DNA of 64,000 nucleotides from Plasmodiophora brassicae (Eukaryota): NCBI GenBank assembly GCA_036867785.1, contig CP145421.1, positions 248,001 to 312,000 of the forward strand, read 5' to 3'. Shown piece by piece: positions 61,192 to 64,000 of this stretch (position 1 is its first letter; each line of letters starts with the position of its first letter). The notes under the pieces were generated by a model. It saw only the letters and a program-made list of their open reading frames with translations, ran no database searches and was not told where the DNA came from. The position numbers and the translations under genes were made by a program.

Positions 61192-63180
61192 TTAGTCTCC
61201 ACATGAGCACTGGCCGCCGATGAACCGATGCGGACGCTTATCGTGCTCGAAGACGAAGATCGGGCGGTCGTACAGCGACGACACCCGCCTGAGGGCATCG
61301 TGGCAGTCCAGGCACAGCGGCGCGCGCGTCGTCAGACGAATGGGGCCCGATGCCGGGCCAGGACGCATCAGGGCGTAGGCGACCGCCAGTTTCTCGCCAT
61401 GCATCAGCACCGATGCTCTCGCCCGGTCCTCAGTGGACGATGCGTCGGCATCGGCCCAGACCACCGACGTGTCCACTGTGTAGCCGTCGCTCAGCAGGTT
61501 GTCTATCATCATCGAGTGCTGCTCGACGGCACCGGGTGGCTGTTCGGCGTCGCCGGATAGGAAATCGATGCGACGATCATCCAGCAGCAGCGACGTCACC
61601 GTCGGCCTGCTGTCGGGAACAGGGACTCGCATGCTCGTCATCTCGGCCCGCAACCGCGACAGGTCGGATAGACGTCGAGCACGCGCGTATACGCTCGCCA
61701 TTAACGCGTACGACGGTGCCCTTGCCTCTGGCGACGCGCATGGGATACCGAGAATGCGAGCAAAGACGCGCTCCGCTCGTTCAACGTCGTGTTTCTTGCG
61801 GCACGCGCGAAGAACGCGCGCCCAGCACGATACACTGTCGTTGAACGTTGCTTGGCCGGCAACGAATCGCTCGGCGGCGTCCAGGTCATCGACCCGGGCG
61901 TACAGGTCGACCATGCAATTGGCGTGCACGTGGCCGGGATGGATCTGCCACGTCCTGGCGAAATCAGCCAGGATGGCCTGGGCGCGTTCCAGATCGGCCA
62001 CCTTCCTGCACCCGGACAGCAACGCCAGCAGCGTCTCCTTCGTCGGACGCAGTCGCGCCTCCTGCATCGCGCCGAACGTGGCTATGGCCTTGTCCAGCAG
62101 GCCATGGTTGCTGTACGCTGCAATCATGGCCGTGTAGGCGGGCGCGCTCGCGGCGCCTCTGAACAGCTCGTCGCAGGCGTCCAGGTTCATACAGAGTTCG
62201 TACGACGACATCAGCCTGGTGACGATCGGGTCGCTGCCGAGCATTCCGGTTTCGCTGGCGTATCGGTGAAGCGTCGCCACAGCGGTGCCGTCGAACGCCC
62301 GCCCGGCAGCGGTGATCATGGCGCTGAGCACGCCCGGCACGGCACCGACCTTCATCGCCCGGAACACGAGCATCATCAGAGGCACGTGCGTGGCCTTGGC
62401 AAGGGCCACGAGCACCTTCTGGACAGCAGCCTGACGATCCCGGTTAGGGATCGTCAGGGTTTCCATCACGTCCAAGACGCGGACGGCCGATTCCAGGCGA
62501 TGGTGCGCGATCAGGACCTGGACCAGGTGCCCGAACGGCGCGTGCTGACGAGGGAACCTGATCTGCGTCGAGACATCATCGTCCAGCATCTTCTCTGCAA
62601 CGTCGGCCCCTTGCGCCGACCCTGATTCGGCGCAGCACAACGCGAACGACGCGAACAAATCCGGGCCGATCGTCAGGTTGCGCTTCAGGGCGTCGTCCAG
62701 AAGCGGGAACGCGGACGAGGCGTCGTTCGCGACCCGGCAGAGGCTGACCAATCCGTTCAGTGCTGTCGTGGACGTATGAAGAACGTCGTGTTTCGAGTAG
62801 AGCTCGAACGCGTACGCAACGGGTGGAGGTTTCGCTTTGTGGGAAGCGACGAGGAAGGCGGAGAACAGCGTGTCGATGGCCTGGGGGGAGAGGCCACCGC
62901 GTGATACGGCCACGTTCATGACGTCGACGACCCTGGACGGGTCGTATCGCTGGCAGAACTGGAGCATCTGCTCGAAGAAGGCCGGGTCGAGCACGTGCTG
63001 GGAGCAGAGCACGCGCTGGAAGACGGCCCAGCCGTGCGCCGGGTCGCACCCGTCCTGCAGCAGGCGCATGGCCTGCGGGACGCTCGGGCGCTCCATGATC
63101 GTGGCGGCGTCCATGTACCGCAGACCCGGGGGTCGTCGACCGACGCGAGCGAACGCTCGAGCGACAGCACGCGCCGCCAT
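61192..63180 (-). CDS. PPR protein with E and DYW-type cytidine-deaminase domain; probable mitochondrial presequence
   Basis: PPR motifs (AYTAMIAAYSNHGLLDKAIATF, HANCMVDLYAR); HGEKLAVAYAL; CLDCHDALRRVS; HRFIGGQCSCGD*; intronless, 662 aa. Confidence 0.9.
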   Translation of the reverse strand: MAARAVARAFARVGRRPPGLRYMDAATIMERPSVPQAMRLLQDGCDPAHGWAVFQRVLCSQHVLDPAFFEQMLQFCQRYDPSRVVDVMNVAVSRGGLSPQAIDTLFSAFLVASHKAKPPPVAYAFELYSKHDVLHTSTTALNGLVSLCRVANDASSAFPLLDDALKRNLTIGPDLFASFALCCAESGSAQGADVAEKMLDDDVSTQIRFPRQHAPFGHLVQVLIAHHRLESAVRVLDVMETLTIPNRDRQAAVQKVLVALAKATHVPLMMLVFRAMKVGAVPGVLSAMITAAGRAFDGTAVATLHRYASETGMLGSDPIVTRLMSSYELCMNLDACDELFRGAASAPAYTAMIAAYSNHGLLDKAIATFGAMQEARLRPTKETLLALLSGCRKVADLERAQAILADFARTWQIHPGHVHANCMVDLYARVDDLDAAERFVAGQATFNDSVSCWARVLRACRKKHDVERAERVFARILGIPCASPEARAPSYALMASVYARARRLSDLSRLRAEMTSMRVPVPDSRPTVTSLLLDDRRIDFLSGDAEQPPGAVEQHSMMIDNLLSDGYTVDTSVVWADADASSTEDRARASVLMHGEKLAVAYALMRPGPASGPIRLTTRAPLCLDCHDALRRVSSLYDRPIFVFEHDKRPHRFIGGQCSCGD

Positions 63181-63279
63181 GCCGCACCGGTCACCGTCTA
63201 AATCGAGTGCGACAATAACCGCTTTACTGGACTCTGCTGCTCGGATAGGTAATAGATACGCCGACGAAGGCTGCTGTCG

Positions 63280-64000
63280 TTACAGGGTCAGCTCCTCCGA
63301 CTGGTTATAGTACCGAGCCGGCAGCGGGACGACGTGGTGGGCGGGCACTTTGCGTTGTTTCGTCTCGTCGTCGGCGAACTGGAGCAGGTAGTGCCCTTTG
63401 TTCTGGGAGGCGACGACGACCAACCTATCAGGCGCACGTCGAGCGAGGCAGTCGGGACGACGCTGACCTTTTTCGGGCCGGAGACGACGACGGCAGGGTA
63501 GAAGACGGTCGTTTGCGGGAAGATGGCGAGGACCGTCTCGTCTTTCTGGAACTCGACGCGCCTCGTCAGCGGAACCTGTTCATCGGATGGCAGCAGCAGG
63601 ACGCGGTCGCTGTCAATGATGTAGTCCCTGGGCAGGTAACGCGCATGAGCACGTGTGATGGAAGGTATCGGCAGTACTGGGGCCACACTTGACTGTCTCC
63701 CGATTCCCCACGTCGTCTGCTTCATTGTCCACGACGGTGTATCGATCACGTTTCCGGTCGTAGGAGACCACCGACGCCAGAATCCACAGGTTCGGCTCCG
63801 AATGCTCGTCGATCAGAGCAGCAACGGCAGAACCAGGTTCGAACGGCGCGTCGTCTCGATGCGTCCATACATCGCTAAGCGCAATGTCAGCCGAGCGTTA
63901 TTGGATCAACAGCCAGCTACGTACTCATCAGGGCCTCTAGCCACTGCCGTGCCGTACAGATGGATCGGCTGGACCTTGGTGACCATCCGCGCTGAACATC
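63280..64000 (-). CDS. SGF29-like tandem Tudor protein (5' part outside the window)
   Basis: FEPGSAVAA..NLWILASVV; VLAIFPQTTVFYPAVV; YLLQFADD. Confidence 0.8.

Overview
Eukaryotic, GC-rich, gene-dense genomic DNA with many short (~45-80 nt) GT-AG introns. Flagellar/centriolar genes (DRC9- and DRC10-like, SAS-4/CPAP-like) and secreted ankyrin/LRR proteins suggest a zoosporic protist parasite; a phytomyxid such as Plasmodiophora is my inference, not proven. Housekeeping genes: importin-beta/importin-11-like, G-alpha, Yippee, kelch-EGF, NUFIP1-like, two cytochrome b561, RCC1-repeat, MDR oxidoreductase, ABCF, Pus10, SGF29. Accessory features worth a second look: (1) a cluster of long fold-back hairpins (arms ~55-240 bp) at 42.2-51.4 kb among Ty1/copia, gag-like, kinase and ABC relics, one hairpin built directly from the gag ORF, plus one more at 26 kb; these are candidate hpRNA/proto-miRNA silencing loci; (2) three SKP1/BTB-like + (ankyrin or LRR) fusion genes, two with signal peptides; (3) an LRR gene built from one-repeat-per-exon, phase-symmetric cassettes, including a ~277-bp exon+intron tandem array with variable ligand-face residues; (4) an intronless plant-type PPR-DYW deaminase; (5) a ~9.25-kb block flanked by ~250-bp direct repeats that begins with an inverted 1.1-kb copy of a giant gene 48 kb away. 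All family assignments are by motif recognition, not database search; exon boundaries and identities are manual estimates.
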